DNA from: Macrostomum lignano
Taxonomy: Eukaryota
DNA length: 64,000 nt
Direction of reading: 5' to 3'
NCBI GenBank assembly: GCA_002269645.1
Contig: NIVC01000835.1
Coordinates: 186,001 to 250,000, forward strand
Shown piece after piece: positions 39,401-51,000 of this stretch; position 1 is the stretch's first letter, and the number at the start of each line of letters is the position of its first letter. The translations under genes and the position numbers were made by a program. The notes beneath the pieces are model-generated. The model had not been told where the DNA came from. It saw only the letters and a list, made by a program, of their open reading frames with translations, and ran no database searches.

Positions 39401-39744
39401 TTGCGGTGGTTTGAGGCGATTCTTGAGTTGGTTTGGGGTGATTCTTGCGGTGGTTTGAGGGCGATTCTTGCGGTGGTTTGAGGCGATTCTTGCGGTGGTT
39501 TGAGGCGATTTTTGCGGTGGTTTGTGGCGATTCTTGGGGTGGTTTGAGGCGATTCTTGAGTTGGTTTGGGGTGATTCTTGCGGTGGTTTGAGGGCGATTC
39601 TTGCGGTGGTTTGAGGCGATTCTTGAGTTGGTTTGGGGTGATTCTTGCGGTGGTTTGAGGGCGATTCTTGCGGTGGTTTGAGGCGATTCTTGAGTTGGTT
39701 TGGGGTGGTGATTCTTGCGGTGGTTTGAGGGCGATTCTTGCGGT
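30481..39744. repeat. 22-bp satellite array (GAGGCGATTCTTGCGGTGGTTT), about 9.3 kb, with higher-order cassettes
   Basis: Period 22 (30607, 30629, 30651); 18-bp short variant; recurring variant cassettes. Confidence 0.99.
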
Positions 39745-40779
39745 GTGGGGCCTGCAAGTAGTCCGACTTTGCAGCTAACGATGGAGTAGAGAGCAAGACC
39801 AACAAGAATTATTAAAGATAGCAAAAAGGCGCGAAAAAGCCAGGAATCGACCTCCTCTTCAGGGCCATTCAAGTGATTATTTTGAATACTCGAACCAAAA
39901 GCCGCGCGCAGGTTCGAGGAGAGCTGAGAGAGAGAGAGGGAGAGAGTCGAAAAATTTGGAAACTGAGTCCGGCGGTGGGGAGACGTTGCCGGGGCTGAGG
40001 CGGCGGCGGCAGCAGGCCACCAAAGCGGGAGGAGAGCTGGGGGGGGGCGGCAGGGTTTGAAAAGGCTGATTGCGTAATAGGGGACAGGGTATTAGAGTCG
40101 GTGTGTGTGTGCAGTAACCGCCAGTCAGATACTTGAGCACAAGCAGGACCCACACACGCCGCTCCATATTACTAACTGCGGTTAGCCTATAAGCGGCACT
40201 CGAGACTCGAGACAAGTGACCCTTTCCGTCTCTTGCTCTCGCCCTCTTATAACAAGGGTGCCGCCGCCGCACTCTCGCAACGCGGGTATCGCCCGCAATC
40301 TTCAAAGTGTGCGCCCGACCATTGAGAGACGGCGCCGGAATTGGAAATGACTCGATGTTGAAGCTTGAAAGAAAGGCGACTGAAAAATTCGGCGCGCCAG
40401 ACAGCCCGCCGCTTTCCGGATCTTTGCATTAACTTACTTACTACTAAGGCTTTACTAACAGTCTTTGGATGCTACTTAAAGTAGAGTAGTTTACATATAT
40501 CTTGCAAAGCTGCTATATTCTACGAAGTAGCTATAAAATGTCTTTTAAAGTATAAAATTTGTTAAATGACGAAGAAATAGTGACAAAATGTTCAACGACA
40601 TAATACATGCTATTTAGTTATTAGAGTTAGATATTGATTAAGTCAAGTGTATTTTTCTTGTTACTTAGCCGTGACAATATAGACAGTATTATTCTACTTG
40701 GCAAAAAGGGAAAAGTTTATTAAGATTAATCAATCCAGATCGATTAATATCTCATATCAGATCGAAAGAATCCACTCAA

Positions 40780-41020
40780 ACCGACTCAAATCGACTTAAA
40801 CCAACTCGAACCGACTCCAACCAACTCAAATTGACTCAAACCCACTCAAGTCGACTCAAATCCATTTAAGTCGACTCAAACCGACTCAAACCGATTCAAA
40901 CCGACTCAAGCCGACTCAAACCGACTCAAACCGACTCCAACCGACTCAAACCGACTCTAATAAACCGACTCCAACCGATTCCAACCGACTCAAATCGACT
41001 CAAACCGATTGAAATGGACT
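40780..41020. repeat. 10-bp degenerate array (AACCGACTCA)
   Basis: Read directly. Confidence 0.9.
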
Positions 41021-41561
41021 CAGGTCTAGTCTAAGTTGCGTGGATAAATGTATGAATAAAATAGCAAGCAGGATTCGCTTACAATAAAAAAGTGTGCTGA
41101 AAAAAGCCAAAGTCAAACAAAGCATTGTATGAGTTCAATTCATGATATAATTTTAGTTAGAAAAGAAAAAAAATGTCCTAGAATAGCAACAGTAAGTAGT
41201 AAAATACGGTTTTCGCTCACATTTTTTTCTCAGGGTCCAGATGGATGAATAAAAAAGATAAAAAACACAGTTAAAAGGCACAAAATTTCAAAGTCTTATT
41301 TAATGTCGGAATATAAAGAAGTTGAGTAAAATCTTATTATAAAAAATAAACAAAGTAGCAAATATTGAATAAAATCGCAAAAACTTGTCCAATTTCAAAT
41401 TCAATTGGTCAAATTAACTTATAACCCTACTAAGGTGCCATACTGACCCTCCTAAGATACCATTTTAACCCTTTTAAGATCCCTCTTATGGCGCTAAGTT
41501 GAAGCCATTACAGACACTCCAACAATGTATTATTTCCAGTCACTCTAATACTTCAATTCAT

Positions 41562-41936
41562 TCACTTGCGTCGAAAATAGACCAACTTGCGCAGAGTGCT
41601 CACGGACACGGGTATCTCCTTCATACCGCTGGTGCTGTCGTCATTTGTGTTACTCTGATAATTGCCGGCCACAGCCTGTTGCACCATCAGCAGCAGGTGC
41701 CCCAGCTCATCGGAGTCGCCGTACCTCTGCAGCACGTGGCACAGCTGCTGGATGAACCAGCTGCCCTGGATGTCGTTGCGCCAGCTGTAGTACCCTGGCG
41801 GTGTTGAATAAAAGTACAAGAAGTCCGACTCAAGCGGAATGCGCGACAGCTTGCCGCCGTCCTCCTCGTCTCTGCCGGTGCCGTTATCTCCGTCGGCAAC
41901 TTCGCAGCCTTTGTCGTACTCGCTGCCACGGCAAGC
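41562..41936 (-). CDS. casp3/7: Caspase exon 3 (ACRG...FRRK stop)
   Basis: Branch-point-like CTAAC about 27 nt upstream; acceptor TTCGCAG|GCT; TGA at 41564-41562. Confidence 0.93.
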   Translation of the reverse strand, partial: ACRGSEYDKGCEVADGDNGTGRDEEDGGKLSRIPLESDFLYFYSTPPGYYSWRNDIQGSWFIQQLCHVLQRYGDSDELGHLLLMVQQAVAGNYQSNTNDDSTSGMKEIPVSVSTLRKLVYFRRK

Positions 41937-43573
41937 CTGCGAATGCCAGCGGTGGCTCCGGGTTAGGGATCTGGGAGGCTGGCCCAGCAACTGAGGATCT
42001 GGGAGGCTGGCCCAGCAACTGAGGATCTGGGAGGCTGGCCCAGCAACTGAGGATCTGGGAGGCTGGCCCAGCAACTGAGGATCTGGGAGGCTGGCCCAGC
42101 AACTGAGTATCTGGGAGGATGGCCCAGCAACGCAACTGACACTCTGGGAGGCTGGCCCAGCAACTGAGGATCTGGGAGGCTGGCCCAGCAACTGAGGATC
42201 TGGGAGGCTGGCCCAGCAACTGAGTATCTGGGAGGATGGCCCAGCAACGCAACTGACACTCTGGGAGGCTGGCCCAGCAACTGAGGATCTGGGAGGCTGG
42301 CCCAGCAACTGAGGATCTGGGAGGCTGGCCCAGCAACTGAGGATCTGGGAGGCTGGCCCAGCAACTGAGGATCTGGGAGGCTGGCCCAGCAACTGAGTAT
42401 CTGGGAGGATGGCCCAGCAACGCAACTGACACTCTGGGAGGCTGGCCCAGCAGCTGACACTCTGGGAGGCTGGCCCAGCAACTGACACTCTGGGAGGCTG
42501 GCCCAGCAACTGACACTCTGGGAGGCTGGCCCAGCAACTGACACTCTGGGAGGCTGGCCCAGCAACTGACACTCTGGGAGGCTGGCCCAGCAACTGACAC
42601 TCTGGGAGGCTGGCCCAGCAGCTGACACTCTGGGAGGCTGGCCCAGCAACTGACACTCTGGGAGGCTGGCCCAGCAACTGACACTCTGGGAGGCTGGCCC
42701 AGCAACTGACACTCTGGGAGGCTGGCCCAGCAACTGACACTCTGGGAGGCTGGTCCAGCAACTGACACTCTGGGAGGCTGGCCCAGCAACTGACACTCTG
42801 GGAGGCTGGCCCAGCAACTGACACTCTGGGAGGCTGGTCCAGCAACTGACACTCTGGGAGGCTGGCCCAGCAACTGACACTCTGGGAGGCTGGCCCAGCA
42901 ACTGAGGATCTGGGAAAAGGAAAGGCAGATAATCCACCACAGAACACGACAGATACACAGAGCAGGCAGACCTGGATGAAGAACAGCTTCGGCTTGCCAG
43001 CCAGAGTGGGGCAGTAGTCGGGCCGCAGCAGGCGGAAGAGCTTCTCCATTTTAATCTTGCCATCGGAGCCGTAGATGGCGCCGTTCTCGCCATGCGACAG
43101 CAGGACAACTGCCACACAGTCGTAGTTCGAGTGGTCCTTGCGGGCGGTCTCTTTAATAACAGAGACGATTTTTTCGCAGCTGAGATCGCGAAACGGCATG
43201 ATGGAGAAGCCGAGCTGTTTGAAACTGCGCTCCAGATTGTCGGCGTCAACGTCTGAGCCGATCCGGGTGGACTGGCCAGTGCGGGGGTCGAATGTCACCT
43301 GCGGACGGGGCGAGTTTTAGACTACCTTTACACTGAACTGCTGGAGAGTCAGAGGCGCCAGCACCCGAGGTTAAAATCCATAACTCAAACCTGATTGAAG
43401 ATCAGACAGAGTCCGCGTTTCGGGTGATTCATTTGATATTCGGCAAGTTTGGGCGCCGGATTGCCGCCCGTTGGCGGTTCCAGCGGAGGCGGGGGGTCTC
43501 GCCTTCCGCCGCCGCGCCTGAACAATCCGGCGTCAACCTGATCGGCGTCCTGCTGACTGACGGAGTCGGACAT
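41562..43573 (-). CDS. casp3/7: Effector caspase (caspase-3/7-like), 294 aa; join(43573-43391, 43298-42972, 41936-41562)
   Basis: Short prodomain with DQVD/A site, RGLCLIFNQ, LSHG catalytic His, GKPKLFFIQ|ACRG catalytic Cys, EVAD/G linker, WRNDIQGSWFIQ. Both introns are GT-AG and phase 0. Confidence 0.95.
41968..42912. repeat. 28/29-bp minisatellite filling caspase intron 2
   Basis: CTGAGGATCTGGGAGGCTGGCCCAGCAA on the left and CTGACACTCTGGGAGGCTGGCCCAGCAA on the right; a compound unit recurs three times. Confidence 0.97.
42972..43298 (-). CDS. casp3/7: Caspase exon 2 (VTFDP...LFFIQ)
   Basis: Acceptor CCGCAG|GTG; donor CAG|GTCTGC. Confidence 0.93.
43391..43573 (-). CDS. casp3/7: Caspase exon 1 (MSDSV...LIFNQ)
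   Basis: ATG at 43573; donor CAG|GTTTGA. Confidence 0.85.
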
Positions 43574-43819
43574 TGTGCACTCTTGCGCTTGAATAGTTTC
43601 ACGAGCAAGTTTTACTTAGATATGCTCCAAGACAGACAACCTTGCAGATTCAATCTATCAAATGAATTCCTACCATAAAATTTCAACCTAATATATAAGT
43701 ATAAGCTAAAGTATTAGCTAATTACAGATTACATGTTAGTTTCTCAAGCATTTGACGATTAGCTGAATTATGAATTGAGTGTATGCACTTATATAATATT
43801 ATGCGATTCCATACATTCA

Positions 43820-44172
43820 TCAGGCGATTTTGTTATTTGAGTATATTAGGCAATTTCTAGGATTTCATTGTCGATTTTGTGGATTATTAGTTGAGTTTAT
43901 GCTTTTAGGTGATTTGATTTTATGAAGTATTACGCGAGTTTATGGATTATCTGGCGATTTTACAGATCATTAGGCGATTGTAGGAAATATTAGGCGATTT
44001 TAAGATTTATTACCCGATTTTCCAACTTATTAGGCGATTTTTTTAATTATTAGACGATTTTATGGATTAGGCGATTTTTAGGTAATATTAGCCGATTTTA
44101 TGAATTATTAGGTGATTTTACGAAATATTAGCCGATTTTCTGACTTATTAGGCGATTTTATGGATCATTAGG
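43820..44172. repeat. Degenerate ~21-bp AT-rich array (TTATTAGGCGATTTT core)
   Basis: Repeated TAGGCGATTTT core. Confidence 0.8.
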
Positions 44173-44989
44173 CAAACGTTTTTAGTCACTAATATTATTA
44201 GTACAGACAATTAGGCGGTTTAAAGCATCATGCATCACACAAAGTGTACGCACTGTTAGATGTGAACATTATGAAGCGTCGTTCTTTGCACTTCTAACTC
44301 ATTTTTTAAAATCTCTAAGAATCTATTAGAATTTCAGAAAATAAAAAAACGAAAAGCCATGTAAATCTACTGACACTCTTAATCTAAGGCATCAAAATAT
44401 GCTTTATATATAATATGTAATTATATAGTGTACTCTTTAATCTTGACAATGTCACAGTGCAAGTTAAAAATACAATAAACTTAATAAATATAATAATATG
44501 TAGCAATTTGCATACATTAAGCAATGCAATACGGGGAGAAATCTTATTCATTTATAATTAATTTAAACACCACTAATTTGCAAGCAGTATTAGTTTCATT
44601 TACATTTGTTATTAAAAAAGTTAGAATCGAGTCAGTTGCGCAGTCAGATTACGTATCTTTTCTAAAAGAAAAAAAAATGAAGTACCGCGTATGAAAAATG
44701 AAGGAATAAAGATTTAGTTAGTGTTTTAATTTCTGTCTTAGTACTAATAATTATACATACAATAGCATTCTTACTAACTGTTATATAAATAATAAGCGTA
44801 ACAGCCCACGCATCTACCCACAGATTTAGTATAAAACGAGAAAGATGAGCATACTTCACAAATTACCTGCTTCCCTATTTAACATTAATTAAGCCCTTCA
44901 CTATTGTTAAAATTAAAATAAAATTAACCTCTCAACAGTTAAGACACAAGTTTAACTAACGCTTCAATGTAACTTGTAATAAATATACT

Positions 44990-46298
44990 TGGGATTCAAT
45001 TAGGCGAGATAAGAATCAACCTGGGATTCAATTAGGCGAGATGAGAATCAACCTGGGATTCAATTAGGCGAGATGAGAATCAACTTGGGATTCAATTAGG
45101 CGAGATGAGAATCAACCTGGGATTCAATTAGGCGAGATGAGAATCAACCTGGGATTCAATTAGGCGAGATGAGAATCAACCTGGGATTCAATTAGGCGAG
45201 ATGAGAATCAACCTGGGATTCAATTAGGCGAGATGAGAATCAACCTGGGATTCAATTAGGCGAGATGAGAATCAACCTGGGATTCAATTAGGCGAAATGA
45301 GAATCAACCTGGGATTCAATTAGGCGAGATGAGAATCAACCTGGGACTCAATTAGGCGAGATGAGAGTCAACCTGGGATTCAATTAGGGCAGGTGAGGAT
45401 CTAGCTGGGATTCAATTAGGCGAGATGAGAATCAACCTGGGATTCAATTAGGGCAGGTGAGGATCTAGCTGGGATTCAATTAGGGCAGGTGAGGATCTAG
45501 CTGGGATTCAATTAGAGGAGGTGAGAATCTAGCTGGGATTCAATTAGGGCAGGTGAGGATCTAGCTGGGATTCAATTAGGGCAGGTGAGGATCTAGCTGG
45601 GATTCAATTAGGGCAGGTGAGGATCTAGCTGGGATTCAATTAGAGGAGGTGAGAATCTAGCTGGGATTCAATTAGGGCAGGTGAGGATTTAGCTGGGATT
45701 CAATTAGAGGAGGTGAGGATCTATCTGGGATTCAATTAGGGCAGGTGAGGATCTAGCTGGGATTCAATTAGAGGAGGTGAGGATCTAGCTGGGATTCAAT
45801 TAGAGGAGGTGAGAATCTAGCTGGGATTCAATTAGGGCAGGTGAGGATCTAGCTGGGATTCAATTAGGGCAGGTGAGGATCTAGCTGGGATTCAATTAGG
45901 GCAGGTGAGGATCTAGCTGGGATTCAATTAGAGGAGGTGAGAATCAACCTGGGATTCAATTAGGGCAGGTGAGGATCTAGCTGGGATTCAATTAGGGGAG
46001 GTGAGGATCTAGCTGGGATTCAATTAGGGCAGGTGAGGATCTAGCTGGGATTCAATTAGGGCAGGTGAGGATCTAGCTGGGATTCAATTAGGGCAGGTGA
46101 GGATCTAGCTGGGATTCAATTAGGGGAGGTGAGGATCTAGCTGGGATTCAATTAGGGCAGGTGAGGATCTAGCTGGGATTCAATTAGGGGAGGTGAGGAT
46201 CTAGCTGGGATTCAATTAGGGCAGGTGAGGATCTAGCTGGGATTCAATTAGGGGAGGTGAGGATCTAGCTGGGATTCAATTAGAGGAGGTGAGGATCT
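44990..46298. repeat. 32-bp two-type tandem array (CTGGGATTCAATTAG core)
   Basis: Left units GGCGAGATGAGAATCAAC, right units GGGCAGGTGAGGATCTAG. Confidence 0.97.
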
Positions 46299-46859
46299 AA
46301 GCTATGATTAAATTTATGCTTCATCAGACTGTTAAAGTGGCTAGTTATTTTGTTTTGATGCATAGTTAAACAAATAAAAAATTAAAGTCAGTTTTACAGT
46401 GCCAAAAGAAAAACCACACATTTTCAAACACGATATGTCAGATATTACATTAGCGCGGCACAAAACGTAAAAAAAGTGTACATGAACCACCAGGATAAAT
46501 AATTATTAAATCTTTGTAGCGCACACTACTTATTTAATCGAATAAGTAGTTACAGTCGGAAAGTGTAGAAAAACAAGACAAATTAAAAAGTCGAATGCGC
46601 GAAACTTGCTACTGTATGAGTAGTTGCGGAAATTCAATTGAATCTAATAATTTTTTATTAAGTTAGTTATTACGAGTAAGATAGAGAATGCTCCTGAATT
46701 ATAGTGAAAGATTTCGCGAGCTAGAAACACTGTTTACATTGTCGTAAAGAAAAACTGCAAAGAAACTCAACAGACTGTCTATTTTTTTTAACACATTCCA
46801 GTTAACAAAACTCTTAGAAATGATTAGAATCCCATACAATGTTTTTAAGAATCTAACGA

Positions 46860-47045
46860 GGCTTCTTTTAAAAGATTTCTAAGAATTCAACTAGGCTTCC
46901 ATTTAACGATTTCTAAGAATTCAACTAGGCTTAAATAAACGATTTCTAAGAATTCAACTAGGCCTTCAATTAACGATTTCTAAGAATTCAACTAGGCCTT
47001 CAATTAACGATTTCTAAGAATTCAACCAGGCTTCCATTTAATTAT
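46860..47045. repeat. 34-bp array (AACGATTTCTAAGAATTCAACTAGGCCTTCAATT), about 5 units
   Basis: Read directly. Confidence 0.88.
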
Positions 47046-47773
47046 TTTTGAGAAAATAAAAAAGCTTGCATTTTCTATTTCTAAGAGAGATTTATGAAAA
47101 AAACTGAAAAAGCTTCCATTTAATAATTTTTAAGAATCAAATTTGACCCCAATTTATGGACTATAAAGAATCAAAGTGAGCTCTTTGATTTAGCTGATAA
47201 AGTAATTAGCTATTTAGCTAATTAGAGGCAGACAGAGAAGAGGTTAGCTATAGATTAAGAAGGGTTTCGACATCACAAGTGGCAGTCAAATATCACATAA
47301 GCAACAATACGTTTCTCTAGCGGTATTATTATTTGCTTTGAAACTATAAAAAAGCATGAAAGAAATATAACTAAAAAATTCATCTGGACATTTGAAACAC
47401 TTGCAACTTATTATTATAAATGAATAGACACACGGGGACAGGCAATTAGTGCCAAATAATTATATCCGAAAATTTTCAAAACTGTTTTAAAAGTGAAAAG
47501 GTTCTTTTCTAGCCTTTCTTTAAATAGATTATATTTTTTTACTCTATGAAAACGTTTTTTGAAACTATAGGGCAATGGATTTTAAATGATGATTCTAATA
47601 ATATTTATAATTATATATTATATATAAGTCCCGCATTTGAGTTGCCAGCCGTTTAGGAGGAGATACGCGTTAAACCCGGCCGGTCGATCGATCCACTCAG
47701 CTTTAGATATAAGATATATTTATAATTAAATTAATAATGAAAGCTTCGTTATTTTTAATCAGGTTCAAGCCAG

Positions 47774-48043
47774 CTACGCCCGGTCACCTCTAGCCGGTCT
47801 GGCCGAATTCGAACCCTGATTACTGTGGCCAGAATTGCCAGCGGTTGTTGTCGCAGTACTACTGCCAGTAGCGGTTGTGGTTGTTGCAGTGCTAGCAGCG
47901 CTAGCGGCCGGGACGGCAGTGGTAGGCTGAGGCGGGGCCGATGGGTCCCTGGCCTGGTAGAACAGCAAATAGCCGCTGTCGTTACTGCGAGGCGAGTCGG
48001 AGCCCAGGCCGTAGAATTCCTCAATATGGGAGGGGTCGATTTT
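47774..48043 (-). CDS. usp46: USP12/46 exon 5 (KIDPS...stop)
   Basis: Acceptor TTGCAG|AAA; IEEFYG and GYLLFYQ motifs; TAG at 47776-47774. Confidence 0.92.
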   Translation of the reverse strand, partial: KIDPSHIEEFYGLGSDSPRSNDSGYLLFYQARDPSAPPQPTTAVPAASAASTATTTTATGSSTATTTAGNSGHSNQGSNSARPARGDRA

Positions 48044-51000
48044 CTGCAAGGCCAAGAGAGGGGGGGAGGTTGGTTGAGACAGCGAATGGGCGAGGACGCA
48101 ATTACGAGCTCGTCTCTCTTTTATTTCATTTTTGTGTCTCAAATTGACAGACAGGTAGCCTACTTACTCTCTGCTCATCCAGGTGTTATGCTACTCCCTG
48201 CTCATCCAGGGGTATGCTACTCCCTGCTCATCCAGGGGTATGCTACTCCCTGCTCATCCAGGGGTATGCTACTCCCTGCTCATCCAGGGGTATGCTACTC
48301 CCTGCTCATCCAGGGGGTATGCTACTCCCTGCTCATCCAGGGGGTATGCTACTCCCTGCTCATCCAGGGGTTATGCTACTCCCTGCTCATCCAGGGGTTA
48401 TGCTACTCCCTGCTCATCCAGGGGTTATGCTACTCCCTGCTCATCCAGGGGTTATGCTACTCCCTGCTCATCCAGGGGGTATGCTACTTTCTGCTCATCC
48501 AGGGGGTATGCTACTCCCTGCTCATCCAGGGGTTATGCTACTCCCTGCTCATCCAGGGGTTATGCTACTCCCTGCTCATCCAGGGGGTATGCTACTTTCT
48601 GCTCATCCAGGGGGTATGCTACTCCCTGCTCATCCAGAGGGTATGCTACTCCCTGCTCATCCAGGGGTTATGCTACTCCCTGCTCATCCAGGTGTTATGC
48701 TACTCCCTGCTCATCCAGGGGGTATGCTACTCCCTGCTCATCCAGGGGGTATGCTACTCCCTGCTCATCCAGGGGGTATGCTACTCCCTGCTCATCCAGG
48801 GGGTATGCTACTCCCTGCTCATCCAGGGGGTATGCTACTCCCTGCTCATCCAGGGGTATGCTACTCCCTGCTCATCCAGGTGTTATGCTACTCCCTGCTC
48901 ATCCAGGGGGTATGCTACTCCCTGCTCATCCAGGGGTATGCTACTCCCTGCTCATCCAGAGGGTATGCTACTCCCTGCTCATCCAGGGGTATGCTACTCC
49001 CTGCTCATCCAGGGGGTATGCTACTCCCCGCTCATCCAGGGGTATGCTACTCCCTGCTCATCCAGGTGTTATGCTACTCCCTGCTCATCCAGGGGTTATG
49101 CTACTCCCTGCTCATCCAGGGGTTATGCTACTCCCTGCTCATCCAGGTGTTATGCTACTCCCTGCTCATCCAGGTGTTATGCTACTCCCTGCTCATCCAG
49201 GGGTATGCTACGCAGGTTTCAGACCGATAGCTTACCTCAACAATATCATCGTCAAATAGAAGCCAGAGGCCGTGCGACTTCACAATGGTGATGTAATGCC
49301 CCCTGTTCGGGCCGCAGCCGCAGTGGACAACTACAGACACCAGGTCGTACACTCGCTCTGGATTGCTCTCATCAAATGTTGACGACAGGCTTAGCTCCAG
49401 AGGAAATACAACCCGAGAATTAACTTTCACGTGACGGGACATTTGTTCAATAAATTTGAATCGCTTCAGGTGCAAAGCCAATACTAGGGGCAGCTTTTTT
49501 AGCTTCATTCTTTTCGTAGCTTCCTGCTTTGAGGAGCAGAATTCGCAAAAGTACTTATTCTCGTGCTGCATTGTTTCTAAATTAGAGAAGCATTTTAAGC
49601 AGCTGAGTAAGCTGGAGTTTTGCTCGATGTCTACGGAGAGGTCTAGAAAGTTTTCGTCTTTCTGTCGGACCTGGAAAAATAATTTATACATAATTTATAT
49701 TCTGGAGCGCATTGAGCCTTTCAATACATGCAAATAACAGTAAATGTTGAACAGATTCTATTGAAATTGGACACAGTGGAGGGTAGCGGCGCCCCGAAGG
49801 ACACAGTGGAGGGTAGCGGCGCCACACCGAAGTACACAGTGGAGGGTAGCGGCGCCCCGAAGGACACAGTGGAGGGTAGCGGCGCCCCGAAGGACACAGT
49901 GGAGGGTAGCGGCGCCCCGAAGGACACAGTGGAGGGTAGCGGCGCCCCGAAGGACACAGTGGAGGGTAGCGGCGCCCCGAAAAACACAGTGGAGGGTAGC
50001 GGCGCCACACCGAAGTACACAGTGGAGGGTAGCGGCGCCCCGAAGGACACAGTGGAGGGTAGCGGCGCCACACCGAAGTACACAGTGGAGGGTAGCAGCG
50101 CCCCACCGAAGTACACAGTGGAGGGTAGCGGCGCCACACCGAAGTACACAGTGGAGGGTAGCGGCGCCCCGAAGGACACAGTGAAGGGTAGCGGCGCCCC
50201 GAAGGACACAGTGGAGGGTAGCGGCGCCCCGAAGGACACAGTGGAGGGTAGCGGCGCCCCGAAGGACACAGTGGAGGGTAGCGGCGCCACACCGAAGTAC
50301 ACAGTGGAGGGTAGCGGCGCCCCGAAGGACACAGTGGAGGGTAGCGGCGCCCCGAAAAACACAGTGGAGGGTAGCGGCGCCACACCGAAGTACACAGTGG
50401 AGGGTAGCGGCGCCCCGAAGGACACAGTGGAGAGTAGCGGCGCCACACCGAAGTACACAGTGGAGGGTAGCGGCGCCCCGAAGGACACAGTGGAGGGTAG
50501 CGGCGCCACACCGAAGTACACAGTGGAGGGTAGCAGCGCCCCACCGAAGTACACAGTGGAGGGTAGCGGCGCCACACCGAAGTACACAGTGGAGGGTAGC
50601 GGCGCCACACCGAAGTACACAGTGGAGGGTAGCGGCGCCCCGAAGGACACAGTGGAGGGTAGCGGCGCCCTACCGAAGTACACAGTGGAGGGTAGCAGCG
50701 CCCCACCGAAGTACACAGTGGAGGGTAGCGGCGCCCCGAAGTCACAGTGGAGGGTAGCGGCGCCCCGAAGGACACAGTGGAGGGTAGCGGCGCTCTACCG
50801 AAGTACACAGTGGAGGGTAGCAGCGCCCCACCGAAGTACACAGTGGAGGGTAGCGGCGCCCCGAAGTCACAGTGGAGGGTAGCGGCGCCCCGAAGGACAC
50901 AGTGGAGGGTAGCGACGCCCTACCGAAGTACACAGTGGAGGGTAGCGGCGCTCTACCGAAGTACACAGTGGAGGGTAGCGGCGCCCCACCGAAGGACACA

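Noticed and set aside
30481-39744. Telomeric repeat
   Set aside because: G/T-rich, but a 22-bp unit with no TTAGGG-type repeat, flanked by unique DNA on both sides.
41562-43298. 578-aa single-exon caspase from the ORF track
   Set aside because: The middle 1035 nt is a GT-AG intron with a branch point; splicing restores QACRG.
47168-47190. Inverted pair of TCF-like sites ATCAAAG...CTTTGAT
   Set aside because: Lies next to a degenerate AT-rich repeat downstream of the USP gene, 30 kb from sp5; no independent support.
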